Assembly (NCBI GenBank): GCA_051362555.1 | Contig: CM120644.1 | Span: forward strand, 24,512,534-24,576,533 | Length of the DNA: 64,000 nt | Direction of reading: 5' to 3' | DNA from: Lingula anatina | Lineage: Eukaryota > Animalia > Brachiopoda | Shown: one piece after another, positions 37,752-51,995 of the stretch | How the letters are laid out: each line of letters starts with the position of its first letter | Position numbering within the stretch: the first letter of the stretch is position 1 | Position numbers and translations under genes: made by a program | The notes under the pieces: generated by a model | What the model was told of the DNA's origin: nothing | The model's database searches: none | What the model saw: only the letters and a program-made list of their open reading frames with translations

Positions 37752-40700
37752 AAACAATCTTTCGGCATTACCAGATAATATATCTGACTATACATGTCAA
37801 CTTTGTCACGTAAAGATGAGATATGACAAATTAAAACAGGATCCCACAAAAGTCCGATTTAATCGGTCTTTACACTTAGATAAAATGCGTGGGTTTCAGC
37901 TAATATCACCTGACTTCAACCCCACCATCACCCACCCATCCACCCACCCACACACACGCGGTCTTGACGTAGCTCACCACCTCAGGTGACAAGATTTCCA
38001 TATGCCAAGTACACCTTTGAAAGTGCTCACATATAGCTTCTTTATAATTATAGTGTCCGATTATCTTATAACACACTTCCAAACAAAAACTGTTCCTTCG
38101 TAAACAATTAAATCTCACCATTACGCGCATAGCACACTTCTAAACATTATAATCTCGCAGGATTACCAGATATTATTTTTAAGTATGCTCGTAAACTTTA
38201 TGAAATTCTGAAATGAGGAATAATGATTTTTTAAAAGATAAATAGGCCTACCAGATCGCAATTCTGTTCTAATCAGTTCATACACTAAAAGAAAAGTGTA
38301 TCCCCCCCCCCCCCCGCCTCTGCCCCGGTGCAGATACGGTCTTTGCCAAGCGCTCAACCTCTGGTATAAATCACAGCATGGCGGGGCGAGGAAGACAGAT
38401 AATTGCAGGTCTCCGTTGGAGTGTTCAAGCTATCTGAAAACTTTATCTCCAGGTCGTGATCCGTGGAAGGAAAGTCGAGATTATGTTGTGACACGGTTAT
38501 CGTAAATATGGTGAGATATGGAGTCTCCATGCAACCGCGGACTTTTGATGACAAAATTAAATATAGAAGATATTGTCTACATCAGACGTCATTTCATTAT
38601 TCCGCCTTTTATATAGAAAGTATAATGTCAATTGGTATGATTTTCAACCCACGATGTTTCAGGTTACCACAGGAAATTCTGTCATGTCGTTTTTTTCTTT
38701 TTTCTTTTTTTTTTCTTTTTTTTTTTTTCCACATGACTATGAAAACGTCAATATTTCGGCTGCGACGCAGTTACTTTCTTTCTTGGCGCCAGCGAATGAG
38801 ATAAATCTAGTTGATATACGTACTGTAAAACTGACACACAGAATACTTCTTGGTATAAAACGCTTATTATATCTATCAGGCCCGTAGCCGGGTGGGGGGG
38901 GGGGTGTTCGGGGGGTTCGAAAGAACCCCCCTTTTTGCTGGAAAAAGGTCCACTCTGGGTAAAATTTGACCTAGGTACATGGGGATTATATGGCAAAAGG
39001 TCCACTTTTTCAGAAAAAGAACCCCCCTTTGAAACTGCTGGTTACGGGCCTGACTATACACCAACTTTCAACGTCTGGCATCCCACTAGTGATTATTTAT
39101 CTTCATCACATTGTTAATTTTTAAAGTTATACAAATTAAGTCTAATTGGTCTACATAGATCAACTAAAATAAAGTATATAAGGTCGTATTCGAAAAGTTG
39201 GGCGTTTTATATTTTTAACTAGTTGGTCATATAGATGTCAATTACATTTAATTTGCATTCCGCTAGTGTAACAAAACTTTCCGTTGGCTTCCCAAAGCGT
39301 GACTTGCACAATTTAGCCAGTTGTAATTAACGATAAGAATAATGTGGCCTTTTTACCGCCTCATCCTGACCCGGGAAGGTACGGGTTCATTGATTGGTCA
39401 ATCTGATGACCTCTTGGGTCAGATTGACACGTGATTATATGTTGGGATTAACTGTTATAAAATCATGAGATAAGCACCACCAGAATATGAAAAGGAATCA
39501 TTTGCACGACAAGACTGTGAAAAGACTGTGAACAAAGGTGAATTGTTTGTCATATCAAAGAGAGGAAAATAATTACATATTTGTTACTGATTTGATATTA
39601 ATGTATGCCGGGTAAGGGAAGAAAGGACACAATATGGGTGTCACGTTAAGACGCCCAGTCTCATTCGCAACGCCCCAGTGTCACGTCCAGATCAGTTAAA
39701 CTCGGAATAAAAGACACAAAATTTGATGCCATTTTCCAGCAATCAATCTATTATCTCATCCAGCTTTTAAACTTGCTTCAACACATATTTCTGTTCGTTA
39801 TTAATTTTTTTACATATTTTTCATGTAAAATCTACCTTACAAAATATATACGCTTTTAAATATTTCCCTCTGCCTCTCTCAAAGACGTCAGCAGGGTCGC
39901 TCCCTGATCTTGAGATAAGAGGGGTTAGATGTAAGACTTGTCTGATTGTTCATGCATAACGGTTCATAAAGTTCAACATTCAGTTCCTTTCTTGTCTTTT
40001 CTCTTTCGTTTATTTCTCAAATCATTAAAAAATACCTGACCTATCCTTTATTGCCATCTGGTCCCCGTGTCTCAGACTGCGGTAGGTAAGTTACCGGGCT
40101 TAAAGATCAACCAAATATCTACAAATTGAACATATGTTTTCGCCCTGCTTAACAAGCCCATCAGTTCCACTCGTATGCTTCGGGCCATTAAGATGTTCGT
40201 TACCATCACAGGTGAACCGAGCCGTGAATCTGAGAACAATTTTTCCTCCCCGTAACACGTGTTAAAAGATATTTTCCGTAACATGCATCACATGTTGATC
40301 TAAAGAACGGTTCCACACATCGATGACAAACGGCACAGAAGGCGTAAATCGTTGTACAAAGAAGAACCGAGTCGTAATGGAGATAAAATTGTTTGAGACG
40401 CCCTCCGACAAACTATTTTGGGTTTTTTTCATTGCCTCCCACTTTGTCTATCTGATTCCGCGAAGAATGACGAGGTCACGTGACAAGTAGACAGATGATA
40501 CGCCAGTTTCTGAAAAAAAGCTTACTTGTGTCGTCTGCTCTACAATGGCGGGTTTGTAGGAAGGGAAGGAAAAGACAATCTAAGTAAATGTCTTAGTAAT
40601 TTGTTATTCTAACCATACAATTATAGTCTATTCTAATTCATATTTTCTGTATAATAAAACTCCATTGAAATATCTTCCGTGTTATAAAAACCCTGCGACA

Positions 40701-42095
40701 ATAGTACCTTGTCAACTTTGATGCGAATGCTCTCATAATTGAGCATATTTTTCTATCATTATATTTACATCAACAGATTTAATTGGCCAGACCTTCCCTA
40801 TTAACGACTTACGTTATGTAAAGAAAAAATTTACCTACTTTCAGCAATGATTGTAGTTTCTAAATGGCAATTTTAAAATAATTTAATTCTCATTTTATTT
40901 TATAATTTCATTACGGAGGTGCATCTCTTTAAGCTACGACACTTTAATGATCCCATCACACTTTATCCTTTTAACAATTCTTCATCAGTTTCCATTGAGT
41001 CCATTTTTTTTGGACATCTCTACCTTACATGATGACTTTCCTATGCTTTTTGAACTGGGTAATTACATTTTGTACAAAACCCTCCTCCTATCATTTACTT
41101 TACGATCATCTGAGAGATTTTTAGATACATTTGATGTGAAATACGTATTTATTTTAAAAGTAAAAATAGAGGCCACGTAGCTTTTAAACGTGTTTTAGTG
41201 ATGGCACGCTTTAACATTAATATATTTAAAGATTTAAAGCGGTTATTAACGAGCACAGTGAGCATATTCAATGTTACCCATCAATAAATTTCGTGTCTTT
41301 TGTGTAATTTTTTTCTTTCTGACGTTTTGAACAAAGCAAAATTAAGCGTATAACCTCTTCTTTTAAAAATTATTTACGACTAATGAAAAATAAGATAACA
41401 TATGAAATAAGGAAAATGCTTTTCTTTAGAAACTTCCAATTAAATGATCGATCTAAGACATGCAGATTTCAGTTTGGACTAATTGTTTCGTGCTCACGAT
41501 TAGATTATATCTTTGAATCTCTGCAAACAATTTTAGAGATGATATTTCTAATCGTTTTTATCTGCGTCTGTATACAGGAATGGACACGGCTTAATATGTT
41601 TGATCAAACTTTTTTTTTTTTGTAAAACATTTGAAAATCAAGTAGAACGTGCTTCAAATGGTTACGCAATGTCATATTTGTAAATTCAAAAAGCAGATTT
41701 AGTTTATTTAATCTTTGTTTGAGAACACTAATACTGGTTTCATAGCGATCGTTTATTCGTTGACTTGTTCTGCTTTCCCTTCCAGTGTTTTAATTGTCTC
41801 TTTTTAAAAGAGCCGAAAAAGCCTTTTATGGAAAATTGCAAAATGCGCAGTTCCGTTTTCTTCTTTTTAAACATAAAAGGGTAAAACTTGTTATACCTCC
41901 AAACAAGAAATCCTAACTAGCATACGATATGTGCCGTTGTTTGAGCCATTAAATAACAAATGTCATCCTTTTTTTCTTTTTTCTATCAGTTAAAAAAAGA
42001 AATGAACGTGTAAAATACAAACGTAAAAATAACTTACCAGGCTCGGCAGACACTTGCAGACATAAAGCCAATAGGGCGATCACTTGAATCAACAT
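28897..42095 (-). CDS. Secreted protein: signal peptide, chitin-binding type 2-like domain, six thrombospondin type 1 repeats, CysD (Mucin2_WxxW-like) domain
   Basis: Exons 42038-42095 (MLIQVIALLALCLQVSAEP), 35427-35831, 34709-34897, 33845-34024, 33041-33217, 32346-32525, 31773-31928, 31242-31321 (CPCVDSPFINLDSPLSGDGDWE) and terminal exon A 28897-29190. All introns are GT-AG with consistent phases (TSP1 exons 1-1, last intron phase 0). Extra small exons in the 6-kb first intron cannot be excluded. Confidence 0.85.
29250..29345. mobile_element. ~96-bp MITE with CCC..GGG termini and 2-bp TSD (EnSpm/CACTA-like)
   Basis: TIR CCCTAACGAAAAAGTCCTATAG / CTATAGGACTTTTTCGTAAGGG, flanked by AA/AA, with internal CCTATAGGAT subrepeats. 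Confidence 0.7.
33454..33608. mobile_element. CpG-rich MITE (Harbinger-like termini)
   Basis: GGGCTCCGTATCTCGAAAG ... CTTTCGAGATACGGGCCC inverted termini. Confidence 0.6.
38877..39052. mobile_element. MITE with CAGG termini (hAT-like)
   Basis: CAGGCCCGTAGCC ... GGTTACGGGCCTG, with an internal repeated AAAGGTCCACT and G/C tracts. Confidence 0.65.
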
Positions 42096-42439
42096 GATGA
42101 TTGTTCTTGGCGGCAAACACAGCAACCTTGTGACGGCGGCAGCTTCCTGCAATAGCGGCGGCTCTCCTGCGTCCTAACTGACCAACGCTGAGCTGTTGAT
42201 TGACTGGACCCTTGCCGGTACCTTCCGTATTTGACCACTTAAAATACCCACTCCGATGGTGGCGTTTGATTTAATGCCTTCTGGACAGTAATTAACGCGT
42301 TAGTGACAGGTTGATTATTTTTCCTCGGCTGGGGTCACTGAATTCGGACTGATAGTCTAAGCCAGTCGTTCCGATCGTCAGCGGTATCTTGGAGATAGCG
42401 TTGTGATGGTCTGGTGCCCGTTTCGGTGTTCACGCTTGG

Positions 42440-42446
42440 TTTTATA
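42440..42446 (-). promoter_or_regulatory. Candidate TATA box of the TSP1/CysD gene
   Basis: TATAAAA on the minus strand in a CpG-richer stretch ~345 bp upstream of the ATG at 42095. Confidence 0.45.
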
Positions 42447-44719
42447 CGCGTTCATCGCAGCGTGCGGTTACCGGGCTGTAATTATTAGCGGTATTTCACG
42501 TTTACCTCACGGGTTATATTAGATATAATATCTTGACGCTTATGAATAAAAATATCTCCACTTTTCCACACTCAAGACGATGTCAATGTAGATAAAGAGA
42601 AACCCGTCATTATGATATTCATAGCTCTGGCGCATGCGTGACACACGGTTGGCCCGGGCAACAGTATGATTGACATGTCCTGATCATCTTGAGAGGTAGG
42701 CTGCTGGCGGCGTATATTTCCCTAACCACGACGTTGTGACAAAAAACCTGTGGTTTTGACCAAGATAACACAACTGCGATTTAAATAAGGAAAGAAAAAG
42801 AATTTCACATGACATGGGGTTTACAAAATTAGAATTACGTGTATAGTATTTCTTAACTGATTCAGATTAATCAGATCAACGTCAATGGAACATTTATTCG
42901 TCAGTTGCTACAAGTTCCGATTTTGGTTTATTCTTAATATCGAGAGACCATAATGGAATCTTTCCTTCTTAAAATATCTGTTATTTACCGGAGCGAGACT
43001 CTGATGAGATGATGCCTCTCTAATGTCCATTTTTTAGAAAAAATTGGCACAGGATAAAAGCTATCATTACTTCCCTAAATGCTACACCAAATAAAGTAAC
43101 CCAAAATGATTATATGAATCAATGACAATTCCCGTAAACACTTGTTTTAACTTTAAATGAATGATATTTTTTTACATCTAATGAGAAGACGAAAATCAGC
43201 ATAGCCGCAGACACATTACGATTTTTAACATGATATACATATATATTTTTTATCAACATAATCTGACAAAAACACCGTGTCTCCGGATTCCGAACATGAG
43301 TTCTCTTCTCCTTTTTTTCTTTTCTTAAGCGGCTATGGGTATAGCACATACGGTATTATACCCGTACAGTTGAATTGAATATTAGCATTTCTGACATAAG
43401 GTTGTGCTAAGAGAATTATGCTAGTAACTAGAGCTAAAAGTGTTAAAAACATCCTGGATATAATAATGATATCCCCAATTGTAAACAAAGAGCATAAAGA
43501 TAGCAATTTGGGCACAACTAGCTGTTTAACGTTTGTTGGCAGTTATGAAAAGTGTACCTTCAAAGAGAAGATAAAAAAATTGAGACTGTTGACGCATCAT
43601 TTGGTTCATATTAAACCAATTCATAAGTAATAAAAACACGGAGTTAAAGGAATAAACTACCCGTTTACACGTTATGACTTTACAAAGCAGTATGTTTGAT
43701 ATGTACGTGTGAGAACAGTTTTTGTTCGCGCTGGTTGAACAGCAGTGAGAAGAACGAGTATTCATACCATGAGTATACACCCTGAATATACAACGTTTTA
43801 ATGTAACATAGTTTAATAGATTGGCACAGAGGATATTTTTTATGCCCAGTTTAGAAGTGTAATTTAATGCAGATCGTTAGGGTGCATGGCAAGCGCGCAA
43901 AAATGAATAAATTGGGAGCAGCTCCTCCCTTCGCCAACTTCTATGATTCACGGAAAAATGCATGCGTCAAATATGGTTGTCAAATATGGTTGTAATTCTG
44001 ACATATGGCACAACATAATGATAACATTGAATGTAGAGTTTGTGATCTTTAAAAAAAAAGGAAACGGCTCTTAATTCTATAGATAACCTGAAAGAATGGC
44101 AACCAAAAGAAGCAAGCTGTATATCATATGGATGAATTCACCAGTGGTGATATTCAAATGTCGATTCTAAAAGTTTTACTCGTCAGTTACTTCCAGGAAG
44201 AGGTGGGGGATATACATTCCATGTTAAATAGTGTTTCGAACTAACCAAGAGCGACGGAGCAGAACTTGAAGAAAAATTTCGTCAAAGAAGCCAAGCTATG
44301 TCATATTGGAGAATTACCAATTCTAATGATGGTTCAGAAATACCGTAGTCTGCTAGGTTGTCCTATCAGATGGTGTTAACCAGTGAACTCAATGATAATT
44401 TCTACAGTCACCCAGGCGCGAGGACGGACAGGACGAGCCTTAACACTGGGGTCGGGGAACGGGTCAAAGATTTTGGATTTGTTTTTAAAAAGAAAATACA
44501 CTTTTTAGTCTTGTCTACAGACTAAGATCGAAGATGTTTTGGCAGATATATACTAATGATGGATTTTACCCTCATGCGTTTACTTGTTATCGATTTATAT
44601 CAGTAGACATACTGAGAAGTAAAAAAAAAAAAAATAATAAGAGAGAGAAAGAGAGAGAGAGATAGATGCCCACTTCGTAGCTTTTATAAATTTTCATATT
44701 GTGTTATTTAGCTCTTTTA

Positions 44720-44800
44720 AGTGAATGTTGTAAGGCGCATTGAGATTTTTAATGGAATGCGCCATAGAAAAATAAATTATTATTATTATTATTATTATTA
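44720..44800 (+). mobile_element. 3' tail fragment of an L2-type LINE/SINE
   Basis: TGTAAGGCGCATTGAG...ATGCGCCATAGAAAAATAAAT(TAT)n stem-loop plus microsatellite tail. Confidence 0.5.
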
Positions 44801-46847
44801 TAAAATGTGGGTATGTTTGGGTGTTGGGGGAGGGGGGGGGAGTCTCCAGCGCCTCCCAACAGTGTATATTCAAGTCAATTTATTCCGACTTCCCGCCATG
44901 ACAAGGTACAATTTATTTTAAATATCGATGGCAGATCACCATTTTCATTATCATCTTTCTTATTGAAATCATGATTTTATTGACAGAACCAGCGAAAGGA
45001 AGGAAAAAATTATTCTAAAAAGCATCAACATTTATTCCTCATTGTTAATTTGTTAGCTTGTTTGTTGTAAATTCCCACCCACTGGGACGTACGATGTGCA
45101 ACATCAAAGTATCAGTGATTTTCAATATTAAATATAATAATTTCAACTGTTATGGATTATATACCCTATATATATTTGCTATTATTCGCTGAAGTGACAT
45201 GTTGAATTTTGTAAGGGTGTTTGCCATTCCCATAATCCAAAACGCTGACATAAAAAAGGTGGAATACACCTTCATTATTTGAGGAATTTTAGGCGGAGTT
45301 TTGTAGTGGGGGTGTAATTCTCTTTATAATGACTACCTGTTTGAATATTGTCGCCCAACCCATGTTTTTAGGAGTCAGCATCAAAGGACATCTTAGTGGT
45401 AATCTCTAGCACACCCCTGTACTTTGCAAACTTTTCTGTGCAGCCGACATCATGGTATTTTGAATTTTTCAGCAGTCAGCAGATACAGATTCTGGGGTGA
45501 AAAAGCCTATATTATGGTGTAATATGGGGGTCTTCTTTTCGATCGGATCTATAAGAGGGACTATTTGTTCTATGGCCAATGGAATTCCCCAGATAGTTCT
45601 ATCGGGTGAATTTATCAGACATATCACACTGTCATCTTCATACTACCGGGTATTTAGTTACTTGAGCATGAAGGCGTGTCCCTACGCCACCCTCCGTCAC
45701 AACATATATTTTCCATGGTTAAGCTCGTCATTAAAACTGACTTTTTGATGTTCGATTGTAACATTTTTGTAGGTGGGTACAAGTAAAAAGATAATATAAG
45801 TGTGGGGGTGGGAGTCGGGGTTGGGCTGCTCATTTAGATAAGAATTATGACAAGGGGAGTTTCCCTTAATCGCGGTTTGAGCTTAGGCCTGAGGCGCTGA
45901 AAAAATGTGTTTGGGCGGACGATAAGGAGGATTACTGACCCCCCTCCCCATTTCAGCCTCCCTCCTCCTCCTCCAATCCTAACCCCAGTTCTAAGTCCTA
46001 TACTATTATATCCACAAATTCACCATTGAAAACATCACTATCTCTCAGTACACGGTGCGAGGAATCCATTTACGAGGTTTATCTTTATCTCCTTTCCATT
46101 ATAAAAACGATGATGGCGGCTGATCAGGTAAATTGTTGTTATTTTCTTTCCTTGTCGTAAATAACTGGATGGTAAGGATATTAAAATAGTATCATGTGGT
46201 CATATCATAAAGGTCCACCCTGCGCGTGCGGTCACTCTATGGTAGGGTCAACCACTAGTGTGAGATCTTTGACATCCAAATGGGGGGGGGGGGGGGGGAA
46301 GGTGGGGGGGGGGGGGGTTAAGATATAATATTGTGGTAACCTTAACATGACTGAGCTGTTCTTCTTTGATGTATTTAACACATTTCTTTGCGAGGAGCGA
46401 TGTGATCAATTTTGAATGGTGACTATGTATGGTCTACTTAAATATAATTTTTCAACAACATTGTTTTAAAATGCAAATAATTTTTTTTTATTTCCAGAAT
46501 ATACCAAAAATACACTAAATAATAACTTGGATAATTAACTAAACCTCTCACTCCCATACACGCACACATGCCTCTCACATTTGGAGCAACTACATAGTAT
46601 TATCATTGTGACTTTGCCATTTCTATCAAGGTATAAAAAATAAAAATGTAGTATACTATCACTTTTTACAACCACTATTTACAGAAAAGTAGACATATAG
46701 GTTAATAAGTCTAAGATACAAGGCTTTTTGAGCCGCAATAAAATAAATATATGGATATATAAAAATACTAGTGTGAAGAAAAAAGAAACAAAGTGTAGAC
46801 TTAATATAAATTACATTTTTAATGGACAGAATGGGAAACCCCACGTT

Positions 46848-49800
46848 TTAATTTTCGAAAATTAGCTTCACGTTCTCCCATTTCTCTGTGATTTCTAATC
46901 TTTTTATCTCAGTCCGTAAATAATTGGAATACATGCCTATATCTCTATATGATTTTATAAATGTTTTTGTGCTTTTCCAGTTTGGGATTTCCAATTTTGT
47001 CCTACAGAGAGTAATATATTTTTTATTAGAAGGATAACAAGATATATACCAGGCAATTGCTTATTCAGAGTACCAAGTACAAAATATTCTAGTTTTCTTT
47101 CTATCGTGGGTCCGCAATGTTTTTTCAAACTTCTGATCAAACATGTCCAAATATTTTGCACATGGACACAGTCCCAAAATAAGTGTTTCAGTGTTTCTTT
47201 TGACAAATGACAAAAGGTGCATTCTGCTGACTCCCTTCGTTGGCTTTTGTATAGAAAAGAGTTTGTACAAAAAATCTTGTGGTTAATTTTAAACTGGAGG
47301 GCTTGTAGGTCTGTTTGTTCAAACGGTGCCCCAAAAATCGCCCCCCATATATCATCGTCGCTATGGTAATGCAGAGTGGACTCCCAGCGATTCTGATATC
47401 TGGGGCACGTCTTTTTAAGGAACAATTTATAAAATACCTGTGATACTTTTTCATTCATCTGAATCAGTGAAATGTTTTCGTTTCTAGCTTCTGTTATGTT
47501 ATGACCATATGCCTTAATTAGTTTTCTCCAATTTGTGGTACGGACTTTCTTATACTTAAGTGTTCGAGAAAGTTAAAGTTAGATTGATATTTTGCATTGA
47601 TCTCATCTATAGTGTAAAATTCGCCTAAGGCATTAATTAAATCGCGTATAAAAAAGACACCTTTATCACACCACTTTTTTCCAATAATAGGGGACATAAT
47701 TAATTCTCACGTTTTCGTTATACCAAATAGGTTGTGATAAAATGTCGCTTGTCAACTCTGCGGGGCTATCTTGTAATTCTGCCCATGCAGAAATAACGTT
47801 TTTCCAGAATGGATTGAAAATAAATTTTGTTTGTGAAAGGCCATTTTTCGTGAGATACCAAAAATTACGTCCCCCAATTTTTTCTAGGTTTTTCTTCAAA
47901 AGTACTTTCCATGCGCTGCTATGATTATCATTTAGATACTTTTTTACCCACGTAATTTTTAGGGATTTTGCTAAAAGCCTGAAGTCAGGAGCGCGCAGTC
48001 CTCCCTCTTCGTAATTTCTTTCCATGGTTGATCTTTTTACTTTATCAATTGCGCTTCCCCAAATAAAAGCAAAAGTTGTTTTTTCTAATTCCTTGAAGAA
48101 GATTTCCTCGGGACTTGGTAAAACTGTGAGCATTTGTATTAGCAGTGGCATAGCAATCGTTCGTACTACTACTATTTTACCTATCAAGGATAAAGTTCTA
48201 AAGGACCAATCATCGAGCACTTTTTTGTATTTATGAAGTTTTTCAGAGAAGTTTTCATGGTATATATCTTCTTTGGACAAGTCGTATTTTACACCTAGGA
48301 GCTTGAATTTTCCTTCAAGATTCCATTTTAGTTCTAGTTTGGTTTTTATTGTTTCCCTTTCCCCCCTTTTTGAACCAATCCAAACTGCCTCAGTTTTATT
48401 AAAATTGGTGCGTAGTCCAGAACATTCTGCAAATAAGGTTATGATCTCCATAGTTTTTTCCAGCGAAACTCTGTCATCACTTAATATAACCGTAGTGTCG
48501 TCTGCGTAGATATTCATTTCCCTCGATAGTAATTCCTTTTATTTCTTGCTCATGCTTTAGTGCCGAACTGAGTAATCCCAATGATAAGATAAATAGATAT
48601 GGGGACAGAGGGTCCCCTTGTCTTACTCCTCTTTTGATATCAAAGAAATTGGACAGATGTCCGTTATTTTGAATTGAACTTGAAATATCCTTATATAGTG
48701 TTCTAAACCATCTTACTATTTTTTCCCCAAAATTATAAAAGTGAAATGTTTTTCAATGAAAACCCATTCCAAAGAATCGAAAGCTTTTTCCATGTCAAGT
48801 AGTAGTAAAACTCCGGATATGTTTTCTTTTTCAGTTTTTTCTATCAAGTCGTTCACCAACCGAGTGCACTCCCCAATATATCGGCCTTTTAGAAATCCCA
48901 ACTGCGTTTCACTTATAATTCGACTGAGAAAAGGTTTTATTTTGTTTGCGATACACGCGGACGCAATTTTATAGTCGACATTTAATAAACTTATAGGTCT
49001 CCAATTATTTAAATATTCTTTCTTTTTCTCCCCCTTCGGTAGACATGTTATCAGACCTTGTCTTTGCGATATGGACATGCTTTGTATTTCGTATATCGAA
49101 ACGATCGTAGTAAATAGTGTTTTATGTCAGGCCAAAACATCTTATAGAATTCAGCGGTGAAACCGTCAATTCCTGGAGATTTATCATTTGGCATTTGCTT
49201 CAAAGCGGCTAGGCATTCTTGTTCTGTGATGTTCGCGTCTATATTTTCATTTTCTCGAGAGAGTTTAGTGATATAGGGATTTTTATCGTTAAAGAAAATG
49301 TCGGAATGTTTTTTAATGATTTTAGTACCTTTTGAGGAGTATAAATCTGCATAGTATCTTTTCTGTTCATTGACAATATCCTCAATTGCTTTAATTTCGG
49401 TTCCATTTTTAAGTATAAGTTTAGGAATGTTTTTATCAACATAATTTCGTTTTTCCAAATTACAGAAATACTTCGTACTTTTTTCACCCTCTACTTTCCA
49501 CTTCGCTTTTGTTCTCGTTATTATACCCTTTATTCTGTATTCTCTTAACTCTTTTAGTTCTGATTCCACCTATAATATTTCATCCTTATCCAAATTTGTT
49601 CCAGTTGTAGCATATAAGATTTTTAGTCTTTCTTCTAGGTCTTTTTCAGCTTTTTCTCTCTCTTTCTTTTTCTGTGTGGAATATCGAATCGAGTTGCCTC
49701 TTATTTTGAGTTTCAACATCTCCCAAAGCAAGTGATCATTTATACTATACAAAGATTCTGGATATTCAACAGTGTTTTCTGTTCTATAGTCATTTAAGAC

Positions 49801-50605
49801 TTGTGTAATCGTTTCTTTTACTAGCAAAATGTAGTTTGGGTCTCCCAATAGACTGTTATTTAATTTCCACGTCCCTTTGCCTTTTTTCTGATTAATTAAT
49901 CTAAATTCTATTGATATTGGTGAATGGTCAGAGCGGTATGCTAAATCAATGTCAGAATCAACTAAGTATTGCTGTAAGTCGGCCGAGATAAGAAAGTAAT
50001 CTAGGCGACTTTGTTTGTGATGAGGACCATGCCACGTGTATTTGTTTTTGTAAGGGTGTTGCTCTCTCCATGCATCAATCAAATCAAAAGTATTCATTAG
50101 TGATTGGACAGTTTTATTAGACTTTTCATTATTTTATTCATGTAATTTCGCGTGTCCCTAAAGTAATCAAGCGGAACATTCCAGTCACCGGCGATAATAA
50201 TCGTAGTATTTCCAAGTGTGCTTAGTTTCCGTTCGATGTTTTTGAAAAATTCCGGTGAGTCACTGTTAGGTCCATAAATTGCCGCAAGCGAAAGGCGCGT
50301 TTCTTGTACAGTTATGTCCATGATGACAAAGTTCCCCTCAGGGTCTAATATCTTACTGTGTATTTTATATTGAAACGAATTTCGGAGAAGCACCATTACT
50401 CCCCTGCTTTTTGAAGATAATGAACTAAAAATTACATTTCCACCCCATTCATTTCTCCACATATCTTCGGCATTTTTCTCACTGTGTGTATCTATTAGCA
50501 GAGCTACGTCATATTTTTCCTACACTTGTCAAAAAAGTCTCTCCTTTTTACTTGATCTGAGCTCAACCCCCTGCAGTTCATGCACCCTATTTTAATACTC
50601 GCCAT
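46848..50605 (-). pseudogene. LINE ORF2 (AP endonuclease, reverse transcriptase, zf-RVT) with several frameshifts
   Basis: ATG 50605 MASIKIGCMNCRGL; AIYGPN, AGDWN, SRLDYF, SDH, KSPGIDGF, WRPISLLNVDYKI, LDMEKAFD, GVRQGDPLSPYLF, YADDT, CTFC..ETLKHLFWDC, spread over several frames. Confidence 0.9.
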
Positions 50606-50915
50606 GTTCAATAATTAGCAATAGGTAATGGTTATTATACTGGTAGTACCTTATCTGGTGTAAATAGTGATTTCTTATGAAACAAGTTATACTGCAATAA
50701 ATTATCGTCTCTTGTATTCGAGTCCAGTATGCTCCCACATCCACACACTTAAACATACATACAACATTACACGCCACATAGAGGTTACACTTACACACAA
50801 TATTCTTCATGGCTGACTCAATTACCAGCTAGAAAAACCAGTGTCCATCGGTCAATACGATGAATTAGCATATATTTTATAGTTAGTTCAATACACCGAA
50901 TAAATGACATCTTGT

Positions 50916-51779
50916 TTATTTTCTTTTCTTTATCTTTTCGTCTATTATGTCAAATATATCAAATTTAATCTTGGTCTCGCTATTCTTTGCTTTTCCATAA
51001 ACGTTCCCGTTGAAAAACCAGGCTTGCTCAATAGACTCATTTTCATTCAGCCTGTGTAGAAGTTCGATATTTAATTTCGTCACATCGTCTGCAAATTTGA
51101 TTCCTTTTCCGGATTTCTTCACAGCTGATCGTTTTTTCATAATACGCGCCTTCACGTCGTTATTTTTCACCTTCACTAGAATCGGTCTCTCTTGGCCCCG
51201 TTTGCCTGGTATTCTGTGGACTGCTAAAAGCTCATCCACGTTCACCTTGACATCCACTTCTTGTTGGAGTAGTTTTGCCACTGTATTGGTCGTGTTTTCA
51301 TCTCTTAACTCCTTAACACCATAAAATTTGATATTGTTTTTACGCGAGTACTGTTCATTATAGTTCGCTTTGATTTGTGCTGATTTCGACATTTGGCACG
51401 CCTCTTCCGACATTTTTGTTAACTTTGCGTTTTCCTTTTTATTTTCGTGTATTTTTTCTTTCAGTAGTTCGTTTTCAACGGTTAAATGGTCATATCCATC
51501 TTTCAAAATCCCATACTTTTCATCAAATTTCTTCTCCAACTCTAGTAGCCTCGACTCTATCATTTCCGTCATATTTTTCATCAATTCTTCTACCATACAT
51601 TTTACTTCTCCCACTTCACTTTTTATTGTTTTCTTTAATTCAGTTCTGATGTCTGTTAATTCTTTCATGATGAGAGGCGACTCTTCCCCACTAGAGTTGG
51701 AAAGTTCAGAAAAGAGGCGTTTTGTTCTTGATTCCGAGTGCGTCGTGTCACGGCCTTTCGCCTTACTGGTTACACTCAT
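50916..51779 (-). CDS. LINE ORF1p (coiled coil + RRM, L1 transposase-22-like), intact
   Basis: 287-aa ORF with EQYSRKNNIKFYGVKE...AVHRIPG...RPILVK...FADDVT...AWFFNG. Confidence 0.85.
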   Translation of the reverse strand: MSVTSKAKGRDTTHSESRTKRLFSELSNSSGEESPLIMKELTDIRTELKKTIKSEVGEVKCMVEELMKNMTEMIESRLLELEKKFDEKYGILKDGYDHLTVENELLKEKIHENKKENAKLTKMSEEACQMSKSAQIKANYNEQYSRKNNIKFYGVKELRDENTTNTVAKLLQQEVDVKVNVDELLAVHRIPGKRGQERPILVKVKNNDVKARIMKKRSAVKKSGKGIKFADDVTKLNIELLHRLNENESIEQAWFFNGNVYGKAKNSETKIKFDIFDIIDEKIKKRK

Positions 51780-51863
51780 ATTTGAATAGATGGATCACGA
51801 TCGTAATGACCACTTGTAAGATGGCTATTGTAATTGTGGTTAACAGGGCTTTTGTGCTTTCTC

Positions 51864-51995
51864 GAAGTGTTCGCATGAGTTTGTAAGCAGTTCTCAGCAT
51901 ATGCAACTAAGGTCATCGAATATCTCGGTATTACGAAGTGTTCGCATGAGTTTGTAAACAGTTCTAGGCGTATGCAACTAAGGTCATCGAATATC
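51864..51995. repeat. Two ~72-bp tandem monomers in the LINE 5'UTR
   Basis: GAAGTGTTCGCATGAGTTTGTAA...TATGCAACTAAGGTCATCGAATATC occurs twice. Confidence 0.85.

Noticed and set aside
47742-51789. Plus-strand ORFs overlapping the LINE, and similar antisense ORFs over the PAN, TSP1 and TRIM exons
   Set aside because: Shadow frames of real coding sequence with no independent signal.
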